Positions 1 through 8,803 of a stretch of DNA of 64,000 nucleotides are shown here, piece after piece. The notes under the pieces are model-generated. The model did not search any database and was not told the DNA's origin. It was given only the letters and a program-made list of their open reading frames with translations. Source of the stretch: Candidatus Freyarchaeum deiterrae (GTDB taxonomy: Archaea; Asgardarchaeota; Jordiarchaeia; Jordiarchaeales; Jordiarchaeaceae); the NCBI GenBank assembly GCA_037305845.1, contig CP147778.1, forward strand, positions 1,056,001-1,120,000, written 5' to 3'. Every line of letters begins with the position of its first letter. Positions within the stretch are counted from its first letter, which is position 1. The translations under genes were made by a program, and so were the position numbers.

Positions 1-117
1 AAAAGTTGGATAATCGGTTCATGAAGGAAGATTAATTTGCAATACCCTCTTTTCCTTCCCTTTTTCTTTTTTTATTTTGTTTAAGGTTTTTGGGCCTTTA
101 TTTTGATAGAATCCGCT

Positions 118-267
118 CTACACAGCTATTTCTTCGATTCTTATGTCTGCTATGGTGCGGGCTAGTGTGTATCTGTATTTTCTTACATTCTCTTCCTTAT
201 CCTCAGTAAGGGTATCATAGACGTCTTTTAACTGGTTAAGGATGACTTTTGTAGTTGTTCTGTCCAT
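118..267 (-). CDS. Small hypothetical protein, 49 aa (MDRTTTKVILNQLKDVYDTLTEDKEENVRKYRYTLARTIADIRIEEIAV)
   Basis: Hand-translated, below the ORF-track cutoff; purine-rich GGAAGGCGA upstream of ATG; T-rich tract downstream; divergent from the AAA ATPase. Confidence 0.5.
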   Translation of the reverse strand: MDRTTTKVILNQLKDVYDTLTEDKEENVRKYRYTLARTIADIRIEEIAV

Positions 268-298
268 TTTTTTATCGCCTTCCTTTTTTTTCCTCAAT

Positions 299-409
299 TG
301 TATGTAAGTTATGTGGTTTTTTCAATTATTAATTTACATACTTTTACAATGTTTACATACACAGTCTATACGTACACTAGTTACATTAATAAGGCTTTCG
401 AAACATACA
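299..409. promoter_or_regulatory. Cluster of TTACATAC(A)-like boxes in a divergent intergenic region
   Basis: TGTATGTAA 299-307 (reverse), TTTACATAC 333-341, TTTACATACA 352-361, TACGTACA 369-376, TTACATTA 381-388, AACATACA 402-409. Confidence 0.45.
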
Positions 410-438
410 TTAAATTAAGAAACTTGGGGAAAGATCCT

Positions 439-1713
439 ATGAGTTATGACATACTCATTAAGAAGGACAAATACAAACAGTTCCATCTAAAAGGAAACCC
501 TTTCGTAAAAACTTCTGCGGAAGCTATGACCGAAGAGGAGATACTTGAAACTCTAGTGTTTACAGCAGAAGACGAATCGATAGCCACAAACATAGACATT
601 GTTCTCAGCGGAGGCGGAGCGACCATCAGCTTGGTGGGTGACTACGGGACTGGGAAAAGCGTTAGAGCTGTAGCCATAGCTGAAACTTTTAAGAAACATG
701 GCGGATTGGTTTTCTTATGCAAGGTTCCCAGTGGAGACCCTGTTAGATACGCGAACGCACTTTTTGAATCAGTATGTCCCGAAGCACTCTCTCTAAAACT
801 CCCCGTTGAAGATAAAGATTTTATTTTTGAAATTCGGGAATACTATAAAAATTTGAATATAAAAAATTTGGAGTTTGATTCTCATAAGGCGGGGAGAGAT
901 TTAGCAAGCGTTTTTTCTATTTTGAGTAAAAACGATTATTCTACCTGTTTTATCATAGACGAGTTTGAAGAGTTAATTTCTGCGGGAAATGAGAAAGAAA
1001 TTAGAGAAGCCTTTACTCTTACTAGGGAATATCTTTCAAGGGTTCACGGTTTAAAGAAACACATCACGGTTATTTGTAGCAGCCCAAAATCTTGGCAGAT
1101 GGTTAAAGATATTCATCCAGCTGTTATCTCAAGGATTATGGCTGAGATAGAATTTGAAGAACTTGATAATAATTCGGCTGTTGAACTGGTTAGCAAGAGA
1201 CTGAAAATATATAGAGAGGATAACCCTCCGAATCCCATTTTCCCTTTTACAAAGGAGGTTATTGAGAAAGCTAATGAGGTAGCCTATCATAATCCTCGCT
1301 ACTTACTAGTTATTCTACGAAGCACACTTGAGGCAGCCTTAAAAAGGGAGAGTAGTCAGAGTGTAGAGCTTCAAGATTTAGATACAGGCATTCGTCTGGC
1401 CAGAGGAAAGCTCAGCACGAGTATTCTTAAGAGAATGAAGGAAGAACTGACTACTAGGGAACTCGACATTTTCTTGAAAATCTGCGAAAAGTTTGGCGGC
1501 GGACCAGTTTTTGCCAGTCAGTTAGCCGAATCTTTGGATATTGACCAAGGGAATATTTCAAGGTACCTCAACAAGTTGTCTAAAATAGGGTATTTAGATC
1601 AAAATAGAGAGGGGCAGAAGGTCTTGTTCGAAGCAAAAGAACTCTATAAAGTAGTTTTCGCTAGGAAGAAAACCACCAAGATTGAGGTTAAACCTGATAA
1701 AGGTGAAGAATAA
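439..1713 (+). CDS. AAA+/P-loop ATPase with C-terminal winged HTH (ExeA/Cdc6-like architecture)
   Basis: N-terminal LKGNPF, Walker A GDYGTGKS, Walker B FIIDEFE, lid HNPR, wHTH ASQLAESLDIDQGNISRYLNKL; start moved to ATG 439. Confidence 0.75.
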   Translation: MSYDILIKKDKYKQFHLKGNPFVKTSAEAMTEEEILETLVFTAEDESIATNIDIVLSGGGATISLVGDYGTGKSVRAVAIAETFKKHGGLVFLCKVPSGDPVRYANALFESVCPEALSLKLPVEDKDFIFEIREYYKNLNIKNLEFDSHKAGRDLASVFSILSKNDYSTCFIIDEFEELISAGNEKEIREAFTLTREYLSRVHGLKKHITVICSSPKSWQMVKDIHPAVISRIMAEIEFEELDNNSAVELVSKRLKIYREDNPPNPIFPFTKEVIEKANEVAYHNPRYLLVILRSTLEAALKRESSQSVELQDLDTGIRLARGKLSTSILKRMKEELTTRELDIFLKICEKFGGGPVFASQLAESLDIDQGNISRYLNKLSKIGYLDQNREGQKVLFEAKELYKVVFARKKTTKIEVKPDKGEE

Positions 1714-1743
1714 AAAAAATCTTTTTAAAATATTAAAGAAATT

Positions 1744-3543
1744 TTAGTCTTTACCAATTGGAATATAATAGTATTCTCCTTGTTCCTTTTGTGACCTATC
1801 TAGTCTTGAATCTGCCTTGTTAATTCTAGGTCTGCCATTTTCTGGATCTCTACGGAAGGTTATGTTTAAAGCTTTAAGGAATTGATTCATGCCTGTCCTG
1901 AGGTCGGTGGGTGCCGAGGCTTCACCTTCTACTCCGGGTATCCCACTAAAGACCATAAGGCTATCTGAGAGGCTGTCTACGCCAATAATGTCATGCTCAA
2001 CAATAAAAGAAGCGACCTGCCAGTTTTCAATAAAGCGTCTGACTACTCGCGCCATTATAAGCCTCTGTTCCGATGATAGAAAGGCGCTAGGTTCATCAAG
2101 AAGATAAATGTCTGCTTCTCGGGATAAACAAGCTGCTATAGCGGCACTCTGGAGTTCTCCACCGCTTAGTTCTTTAACCGATCTATCGAGCAAATTTTCC
2201 AGTTCTAAGGGTTTGATTACATCAGACTTGAATACACTACTATTTGCTCTTTTTCCTCCAGCCTCTCGGAGTAACATTTCTATTGTTCCTTCGTAGTTAG
2301 CACTAAGGTATTGGGGTTTGTAGCTGACTTTTATGTCTTTTTCGGGCGGTTCACCTTCATCAGGCGGAATCTCCCCAGCGAGTAATTTGATGAAAGTCGT
2401 TTTACCAATTCCGTTTGGTCCTATTATTCCCACTACTTCTCCTCTGTGGATTTTACCACTCTGAACCTTTAATGAGAAACCATCGTAGCCTTTTTTCATT
2501 TGTCCAAATGAAAGAAGAACTTCTTGCCCTTCCCATCCTCCAGAAGGTGTAGGTCGTGTGTGAAATCTAATGGGCTCTGTACGAAAACGCAGATTTTCAT
2601 CTGGAAGAAATCCAGCAAGGTAGATGTTTATTCCCTCTCTGGCACCGTGCGGATTTGAAGCCACGCCATAGGCTCCGGGAACGCCGTAGAACATGCATAC
2701 AGCGTCGCTTAGATAGTCTACTAGGGCTAGATCATGTTCTACACATATTACCGTTTTTTTCTCGTCAGCAAGTCTTCTTATTACTCGTGCTATGTTTAGG
2801 CGCTGGTAGATGTCTTCGTAGCTCGATGGTTCGTCAAAGAGATAGACATCAGCATCCCTTTCAACGGTAGCAGCTATAGCAACTCTTTGGAGTTCACCGC
2901 CGCTTAGAACTTTAAGTTCTCTGTCAAATAGTCTTTTTAACTCTAATTCTTCTGCGAGTTTTCCTATTATTCCTCTTTCGTCGACTTTTTCTAGGAGTTC
3001 CCCCGCCATTCCCTTTGCTACCTCTGGTAGCCGGGTAATGTTTTGGGGTTTATGAACTATTCGTAGTTCGCCGGTAGACATTTTTTCGAAGTAAGGTTGT
3101 AACTCGCTACCGCGGTAGTATTTGATTATACTATCCCACTCTGGGGGATTTTCATAGTTACCCAGATTTGGTTTAATTTCGCCAGACAGTATCCTAACTG
3201 CTGTGGTTTTACCTACACCGTTTGGACCTATTAATCCAGTTACCTTTTCGGGCTTGGGTATAGGCAAACGGTAGAGTTTGAAAGCGTTCGGACCGTACCG
3301 GTGTGTTAAATTTTCTTCCAGCTCTTCTGGAAGATTGATAATATTTATGGCTTTAAAGGGGCACTTCTTGGTACATAGTGCAGTTCCTTGACATAGCTTT
3401 TCTGATATTATTGCCTGACCGGTGTCTGGATCGAAGGTAATGGCTTCTTCTCCCATTCTCACTACTGGACAGAATCTGTAGCATTCTTTTTGGCAGTCTT
3501 TTGGTTTGCAACGTTCTCTGTCGACTATTGCTATTCTCACCAT
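1744..3543 (-). CDS. rli: Ribosome recycling factor ABCE1/RLI
   Basis: N-terminal Fe-S domain; two ABC domains (GPNGVGKT, GPNGIGKT, LSGGELQ twice); C-terminal TFRRDP..GRPRIN..GEYYY. Confidence 0.97.
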   Translation of the reverse strand: MVRIAIVDRERCKPKDCQKECYRFCPVVRMGEEAITFDPDTGQAIISEKLCQGTALCTKKCPFKAINIINLPEELEENLTHRYGPNAFKLYRLPIPKPEKVTGLIGPNGVGKTTAVRILSGEIKPNLGNYENPPEWDSIIKYYRGSELQPYFEKMSTGELRIVHKPQNITRLPEVAKGMAGELLEKVDERGIIGKLAEELELKRLFDRELKVLSGGELQRVAIAATVERDADVYLFDEPSSYEDIYQRLNIARVIRRLADEKKTVICVEHDLALVDYLSDAVCMFYGVPGAYGVASNPHGAREGINIYLAGFLPDENLRFRTEPIRFHTRPTPSGGWEGQEVLLSFGQMKKGYDGFSLKVQSGKIHRGEVVGIIGPNGIGKTTFIKLLAGEIPPDEGEPPEKDIKVSYKPQYLSANYEGTIEMLLREAGGKRANSSVFKSDVIKPLELENLLDRSVKELSGGELQSAAIAACLSREADIYLLDEPSAFLSSEQRLIMARVVRRFIENWQVASFIVEHDIIGVDSLSDSLMVFSGIPGVEGEASAPTDLRTGMNQFLKALNITFRRDPENGRPRINKADSRLDRSQKEQGEYYYIPIGKD

Positions 3544-3848
3544 ATGCAGCCCTCAACACTTAGTTTAGCTTTAATGAAAATGCTCTTAATTAACAGTTTA
3601 TTTAATGCTGATTCTATTCTCTTTTAGGGGGTTTCAGCATTCCATCTTTACGTTTGGGAAGACACCTAATAATCTTTTTTAGTTGACTGATTTTTTAAAG
3701 GCCGATATTCCCCAAGATATTTTTTGGGGAAACTTGCGACTTAGATTTTTATTTAGTTTTCTATTTTATATTTATATAATTTTTTATATTTTCTTATTTA
3801 ATTCGCTTAGTTTTTATATTAAACTCTACACCAATCTTTGGTGGTTAA

Positions 3849-4025
3849 ATGGTCAAGGTAAAAATTGTTCTGGCAGCCCTACTAACAGTAGTACTGTTAG
3901 CCCTAGTCGTGGCTCCGTTTGTGGGAACGGGACTAGTCAGCGCTGCGACTTTAGCACCGTACGGATCATGGTTCTGTTGGCCATGGTTCGGCTGGATATT
4001 CCCAGTGCTCCCATATCCCATCTGA
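3849..4025 (+). CDS. 58-aa precursor: signal peptide plus Trp/Pro-rich peptide (MVKVKIVLAALLTVVLLALVVAPFVGTGLVSA-ATLAPYGSWFCWPWFGWIFPVLPYPI)
   Basis: Hand-translated; TATA-like TTTTTATATT 3811-3820; GGTGGT SD-like motif; basic n-region, long hydrophobic h-region and VSA-A cleavage motif; own terminator. Confidence 0.75.
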   Translation: MVKVKIVLAALLTVVLLALVVAPFVGTGLVSAATLAPYGSWFCWPWFGWIFPVLPYPI

Positions 4026-4034
4026 AGCATCTAT

Positions 4035-4065
4035 GAGGTTGCTGATAGCACCTCCTCCTTTTTTT
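4035..4065 (+). terminator. Hairpin plus T-run after the small peptide gene
   Basis: GAGG-T-TGCT-gat-AGCA-CCTC stem followed by CTCC and T7. Confidence 0.55.
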
Positions 4066-4363
4066 ATCCATTTCAATTAAGTTAGTTTAAATTTCAAGTT
4101 ACTTCACTGCTCTCTTAGGAAAAGATTTTTATAATTAAATAAGTCGAAAACCCCTTTTTTTGTTTCCCCAGGTTTAAGAAATTAAGAGGGATATTCGTCT
4201 ACTAGAGCTAAAACAGCCCGTGTTTTGTTTTTAATTTTAGAATTCAAGGTAATTGTAAGGGTGAGGAAAAATTTAAACGATATTGGTTAATCTTAAATTT
4301 AGTTTGTCTCTCAATTATTCATGTATCGTACATTTCTAGATTTTGGTTGACAAGGTGTTTTAA

Positions 4364-5131
4364 TTGGTGGAAACATGGCGCTTTTTGGATTTGGGAATAG
4401 TTGATCCTCCGACTAGCGGTGCAGTGGGTGAAGCTATTCTGTTAGCGCGTTCAAAGAAGATGGTTCCAGATACCCTATTTCTATATCAGAGGGATCCGCC
4501 GGCGTGTTCTATAGGTTACTTTCAAGCGGTAGAGAATGTGGTAGATGTTGAGGAGTGTAAAAGACTAGGTGTTGATATTTGTAGAAGGATAACGGGAGGA
4601 GGGGCGATTTACTCGGACGTAGAGAATCTCACCTACAACATTGTTGTGAGTGAGAGTAACAAGAAAATACCTCAAGATATTTTGAAATCATACGAGGTAC
4701 TTTGCGGCGGTTTAGTTGAAAGCCTAAAAATGCTCGGACTGGATGCGAGATTCAAACCCGTGAACGATATTCTAGTTGACGAAAAAAAAATCAGTGGAAG
4801 TTCCCAGACGAGAAGAAAAAAAGTTGTACTACATCACGGAACGCTTCTCGTAAAAACAGACATAAAAACCATGTCGAAAGTATTAAAGGTATCAAAAGAA
4901 AAAATGAGCGACAAAACCGCTAAATCCGTTGAAGAAAGAGTCATAAATCTAGAAACATTGTTAAAAAAGAAGCCAGACATAGAAATGATAAAAAAATTAT
5001 TAAAAAGAGGGTTTGAAAAAGCTCTGGATATAGAACTTATACCAAGCGAACTCTCAGAGCACGAAAAGCGACTAACTGATGAACTTAAAAAAGAAAAATA
5101 TTCTACCAAAGAATGGAACTTCCGACGCTGA
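4364..5131 (+). CDS. lplA: Lipoate/octanoate-protein ligase catalytic domain (LplA/LipM family)
   Basis: RRITGGGAIY, NDIL..KKISGSSQ, LHHGTLL motifs; ends with EWNFRR. Confidence 0.9.
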   Translation: MVETWRFLDLGIVDPPTSGAVGEAILLARSKKMVPDTLFLYQRDPPACSIGYFQAVENVVDVEECKRLGVDICRRITGGGAIYSDVENLTYNIVVSESNKKIPQDILKSYEVLCGGLVESLKMLGLDARFKPVNDILVDEKKISGSSQTRRKKVVLHHGTLLVKTDIKTMSKVLKVSKEKMSDKTAKSVEERVINLETLLKKKPDIEMIKKLLKRGFEKALDIELIPSELSEHEKRLTDELKKEKYSTKEWNFRR

Positions 5132-5147
5132 AAATAAGCTCTTTTTT

Positions 5148-6176
5148 TTAAATTTTCTCTCTTATTCTTGCTTCAAATTCACTGGGCAACGCACAACAAG
5201 AAGCATACCTTTCGATTTTTAAACCAAGCTCTTCCGCCTTTTTTAATGCTGGTGGCGTAGGCATTCCCATTCTATCAACCACATTTAAAGCCAAAAGGTC
5301 TAATACTCTTCTCTTGATTCCACTTGGGCGCATACATCCAAGAGATATGGAGGTTTTTCTGAGCATCAACCGCGCAACCGCAATTATCTTCATCACTGTT
5401 TCAGCACTAGGGGGAGTAACCTCCTCCATAAGTGTGCCGGGTGTTGGAATTATTGTTATAAAGACTAATATCTCAGGATTAATTTTCTCTATTATTTTAA
5501 GGGCATTGATTTCACCACTTATCTTTCCAAAATTTAAACCAATGCAAATATGTGGAACAATATGTTTTATTCCCGCATTTAAATGGTTATAAAGAGCCCT
5601 CTCATAATCCTCAACTGTTTTATTTAGCCCATAAACGCCATTTATGGTTTCGTTATCACCAATCACATCAATTGAAGCTACATCGATTTTAGCTTCCGAC
5701 AACCTCGCAGCCAGATCCGAGTTCAACAATCCAGTATGCACATTCAGAACAAGATCGGTATCCTCTTTGACTCGTTTAATTACATCCACATATTGTTCGA
5801 GTGGAACATAACCATCTATGGTATTCCCACCACTTATTAGGCAACCCACCGCACCTTCACGGTATAAATCCAAACATACTTGATAAAGTTGATCAGGAGT
5901 CATCGCAGGTATCATGTGTTGAAGGTAGTGATGGTTACAATGAGCGCACCTTAAGTTACAGGATTCTCCTGTTATGGATATTGAAGGAAACATTTGTGAT
6001 GGATAATAAGTACGTAGAACGCGTCCCACTTCACGGTCAGTTACTATCCTAGACACGCTTAACAATTTCTCAAAATTTTTACCGTCAACGTTTAACAGGC
6101 TTTGCGCTTCCTGAGAGGTAATTTTCCTATTCAAAGCCTGATTTAGAAGAACCGTAATATTTTTTTGTGCTTCCAC
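5148..6176 (-). CDS. lipS1: Radical SAM protein, LipS1-type archaeal lipoyl synthase component
   Basis: CNLRCAHC radical SAM motif, plus GCMR and C-terminal CC motifs described for T. kodakarensis LipS1; adjacent to lplA. Confidence 0.75.
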   Translation of the reverse strand: MEAQKNITVLLNQALNRKITSQEAQSLLNVDGKNFEKLLSVSRIVTDREVGRVLRTYYPSQMFPSISITGESCNLRCAHCNHHYLQHMIPAMTPDQLYQVCLDLYREGAVGCLISGGNTIDGYVPLEQYVDVIKRVKEDTDLVLNVHTGLLNSDLAARLSEAKIDVASIDVIGDNETINGVYGLNKTVEDYERALYNHLNAGIKHIVPHICIGLNFGKISGEINALKIIEKINPEILVFITIIPTPGTLMEEVTPPSAETVMKIIAVARLMLRKTSISLGCMRPSGIKRRVLDLLALNVVDRMGMPTPPALKKAEELGLKIERYASCCALPSEFEARIREKI

Positions 6177-6248
6177 TTCTGTTCACACAAACAATTCTTT
6201 TCTGTGTTCTTCCAGACATTTACCCAATATAAATATGAGGGTTTCAAA

Positions 6249-7292
6249 ATGCATAAGGAAATACCGCAAATGGCTAAGGTTAAGGCAGAACTCCTGGAAA
6301 ACGGAGCAATATTCGTATCAAATGTTAAGGACCTAACCTTCCTTGCAGATCGCTCAACCGCAGGTCCAAGTACAGGTCTTAACAGTATTTTTCTCCGTTT
6401 CGATGATGGAAGACTAGTACGCCTTAGATTAGCGGAAACCCAGCAAGAAACACCCTACACTTACGATGTTAAACGCAAAATGATTCAGAAGAAAGAGAAG
6501 GATTGGTATCCCGCAAAACAGGTTGAAAGCCTTCTTCACTGCCCAGAACAGGCATTTCTTAACTTGGATTCAACCTGTATATACCACTGCAAGTTCTGTG
6601 CAACTCCCCTAATACAATCCCATATTTCACACAGAACCCTTAAGCCCCAAGTAGTGACGAGAACCATTAAGCGTGTAGCGGACAAAGGTTTAAGTGGTGT
6701 AGCACTCACAACAGGCGTTTTCTCCTCGCCCACTGAGAGTGTGAAACATATGTGTCTAGTAGTGAAGGCAATACGCAAAGAATTCGGAGACGCCCTCCCT
6801 ATCGGAGTCGAACCCTTCGTCGAAGAAGAGAAACATGTGGATATGCTATACGCCGCCGGAGCAGACGAGATGAAAATCAACGTTGAAACTTATGACCCAG
6901 AAATCTTCGCGATTGTTTGCAGCGAACTCGACTACAAAAATAATCTAAGAATGATTAAATACGCAGGGAAAGTCTTTGGAGAAAACCGAGTCTGCTCAAA
7001 CATCATAATCGGACTCGGTGAAAAAGAGGAAACAATTAACGAGGGCGCAGAAGCACTTGCGGATTGGGGAGTGATCGCATCCCTAAGACCTCTGAACTTA
7101 AACCCTCTAATCAAAACATCATTACAAGAAGTCTTAAGCAATAGAGCCTCACGTCCATCAGCTGAAAAATTAATCTTACACGCAGTAAAACATAAGGAAA
7201 TCCTTGAGAAAAGAAGCTTAAACGTAACCAAGTTCAGAACCATGTGCCTAAGATGCACAGGTTGCGACATCGTACCCCAGAGAGACCTGTGA
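6249..7292 (+). CDS. Radical SAM protein with C-terminal CxxCxxC (resembles MSMEG_0568-like family)
   Basis: CIYHCKFC motif, N-terminal TAGPS, C-terminal CLRCTGC; start moved to ATG 6249. Confidence 0.8.
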   Translation: MHKEIPQMAKVKAELLENGAIFVSNVKDLTFLADRSTAGPSTGLNSIFLRFDDGRLVRLRLAETQQETPYTYDVKRKMIQKKEKDWYPAKQVESLLHCPEQAFLNLDSTCIYHCKFCATPLIQSHISHRTLKPQVVTRTIKRVADKGLSGVALTTGVFSSPTESVKHMCLVVKAIRKEFGDALPIGVEPFVEEEKHVDMLYAAGADEMKINVETYDPEIFAIVCSELDYKNNLRMIKYAGKVFGENRVCSNIIIGLGEKEETINEGAEALADWGVIASLRPLNLNPLIKTSLQEVLSNRASRPSAEKLILHAVKHKEILEKRSLNVTKFRTMCLRCTGCDIVPQRDL

Positions 7293-7306
7293 AAAGGAGC
7301 TAGAGT

Positions 7307-8200
7307 ATGCCTAGAGTAATCCACCCTCAACAAGTAAACCTCGTAAAAACCAAGGAAAAAGAAAACGTAAAAACCCTAAAAAAGAGAAGGGTGTTCCACA
7401 CTACAAGATACATAATAGTCCAGTCACCGAAAGGACTCTCAGTATACGAAATCAAAACCACAGGCGACAGCCTGATAAGAACAATATCAAACGCAATACT
7501 GCTAAGTGACGAGGAAGAAACACTAACCATAGACTGCCCTGACATCGATCCCACACAAAAAACCGAAATCATAAAAAACACTATGAAACACCTAAAAAAA
7601 GAAACACTAAGCATAGTTTACAAATCAAAATATGAACACACAGGAATTGCGCTGTTCGAACCTCAAAACACAACAGTAGGAATAATAGAGATTGTACCGC
7701 CCCCAGCCAAACTAGTTGATCAAGCACAAAACGCCCAAAAACAGGGACTAATACGCAAAGACACAAAATTCGAAACAAAGACAATTAACATCCTAGACGA
7801 AATACCCAATACAAACCTACCGGTGATTTATCCCTGCAGCGCGAGCACAGGAAAAGACTTTATTTTCTTAGACACCAACCCTGAAAGAGTAGCATCACTC
7901 AAGGAACAAGCCCTTGTAATAGGCTGCCCAATAACCTTCGAAACCGTCAAAGAACTAAACCCACAAATAACAGTAAAAAAAATTGATGTATGCCCGGCAC
8001 ACTACGCAAGAAAAGAAACTACACCAAACGACTTCTACATTGTAAGATGCTGCCGCGCGAGCACCCAAGGAACACAAATATACTCACCAAAAAACAAACC
8101 CATAATAGCCCTAGAATGGGGACCCACTATAGAAAATTTCCTAGACGCAATCTACTTAGGAACCCTAATAAAAAAACACCCCAACTACCCTCTTTTTTAA
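7307..8200 (+). CDS. Hypothetical protein with spaced Cys motifs (YPC, IGC, DVCP, RCC), possibly Fe-S binding
   Basis: 297-aa ORF with AGGAG SD, 14 nt after the radical SAM gene. Confidence 0.7.
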   Translation: MPRVIHPQQVNLVKTKEKENVKTLKKRRVFHTTRYIIVQSPKGLSVYEIKTTGDSLIRTISNAILLSDEEETLTIDCPDIDPTQKTEIIKNTMKHLKKETLSIVYKSKYEHTGIALFEPQNTTVGIIEIVPPPAKLVDQAQNAQKQGLIRKDTKFETKTINILDEIPNTNLPVIYPCSASTGKDFIFLDTNPERVASLKEQALVIGCPITFETVKELNPQITVKKIDVCPAHYARKETTPNDFYIVRCCRASTQGTQIYSPKNKPIIALEWGPTIENFLDAIYLGTLIKKHPNYPLF

Positions 8201-8402
8201 AACCAAAAACCCGCAAAACCAAAACCAATACACCCTGCCTTCAAACCCAAACCACTCACACGCCACAGGAACTCCGATATTCTAAATTTTTATATACTCT
8301 AGCTTCCCTTATTCTCTATTATCTCCAAATTCGTTAAAAATATATATTCTTTATAGATTTTTTAAAAAATCATATAATCTCAACTTTCTATGTCCAATTT
8401 AA

Positions 8403-8442
8403 GAAAAGTTTATAAGTTCATCGGAAAATAGTTACTTCCGAT
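8403..8442 (+). promoter_or_regulatory. BRE-TATA promoter with palindromic operator
   Basis: GAAAAG-TTTATAA 8403-8415; inverted repeat ATCGGAA-N9-TTCCGAT 8420-8442; no convincing protein gene downstream on +. Confidence 0.6.
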
Positions 8443-8700
8443 AGAAAAAACAACTAAACAAATAGTTAAACTCTAAAAACGGTTCAAAACGAGCCGAATG
8501 GAGTTTTACACTAAATTCCCTCTCTCCCTCCTAAAGCTCCCCTCCCCTCCGCGGAGGGGGGCTCCAAATGTTACATGCTTATCTCCCTCTCTCCCTCCTT
8601 AGAGGCCCTCCTCCCTTCTTTGGGAGGAGGGGTTTAAAATTTCATGCTTATCTCTCTCCCTCCCTCCCTCATTACTTTTCCTTACTTTTGTTTTACTTGA
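8440..8700 (+). ncRNA. Candidate structured ncRNA with three C/U-rich repeats separated by hairpins
   Basis: Hairpins 8468-8506, 8542-8561, 8606-8631; CCCTCTCTCCCTCCT at 8518 and 8585; CATGCTTATCT at 8574 and 8643; T-rich end. Confidence 0.5.
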
Positions 8701-8803
8701 TTGGTGGTCTTTTTTGGTGTTTGTATTTTTTGTTTCTAGTTTGATTAAGTTTATTTTTCAAGTATGGAACAAAATGGGAATTGAAAGAGTGCAGAGGGGG
8801 TGA

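Noticed and set aside
298-438. N-terminal extension of the AAA ATPase in the ORF track
   Set aside because: Runs through an AT-rich regulatory region; ATG 439 just before the NPF motif is the better start
3683-4036. ORF-track entries 3683-4036 (+) and 3845-4030 (-)
   Set aside because: Overlap the better-supported 58-aa ORF in other frames and have no recognisable protein features
8500-8680. Possible CRISPR array or tRNA/SRP/RNase P RNA
   Set aside because: Only 2-3 degenerate units, spacers are related hairpins, no cas genes, and none of the conserved SRP or RNase P motifs
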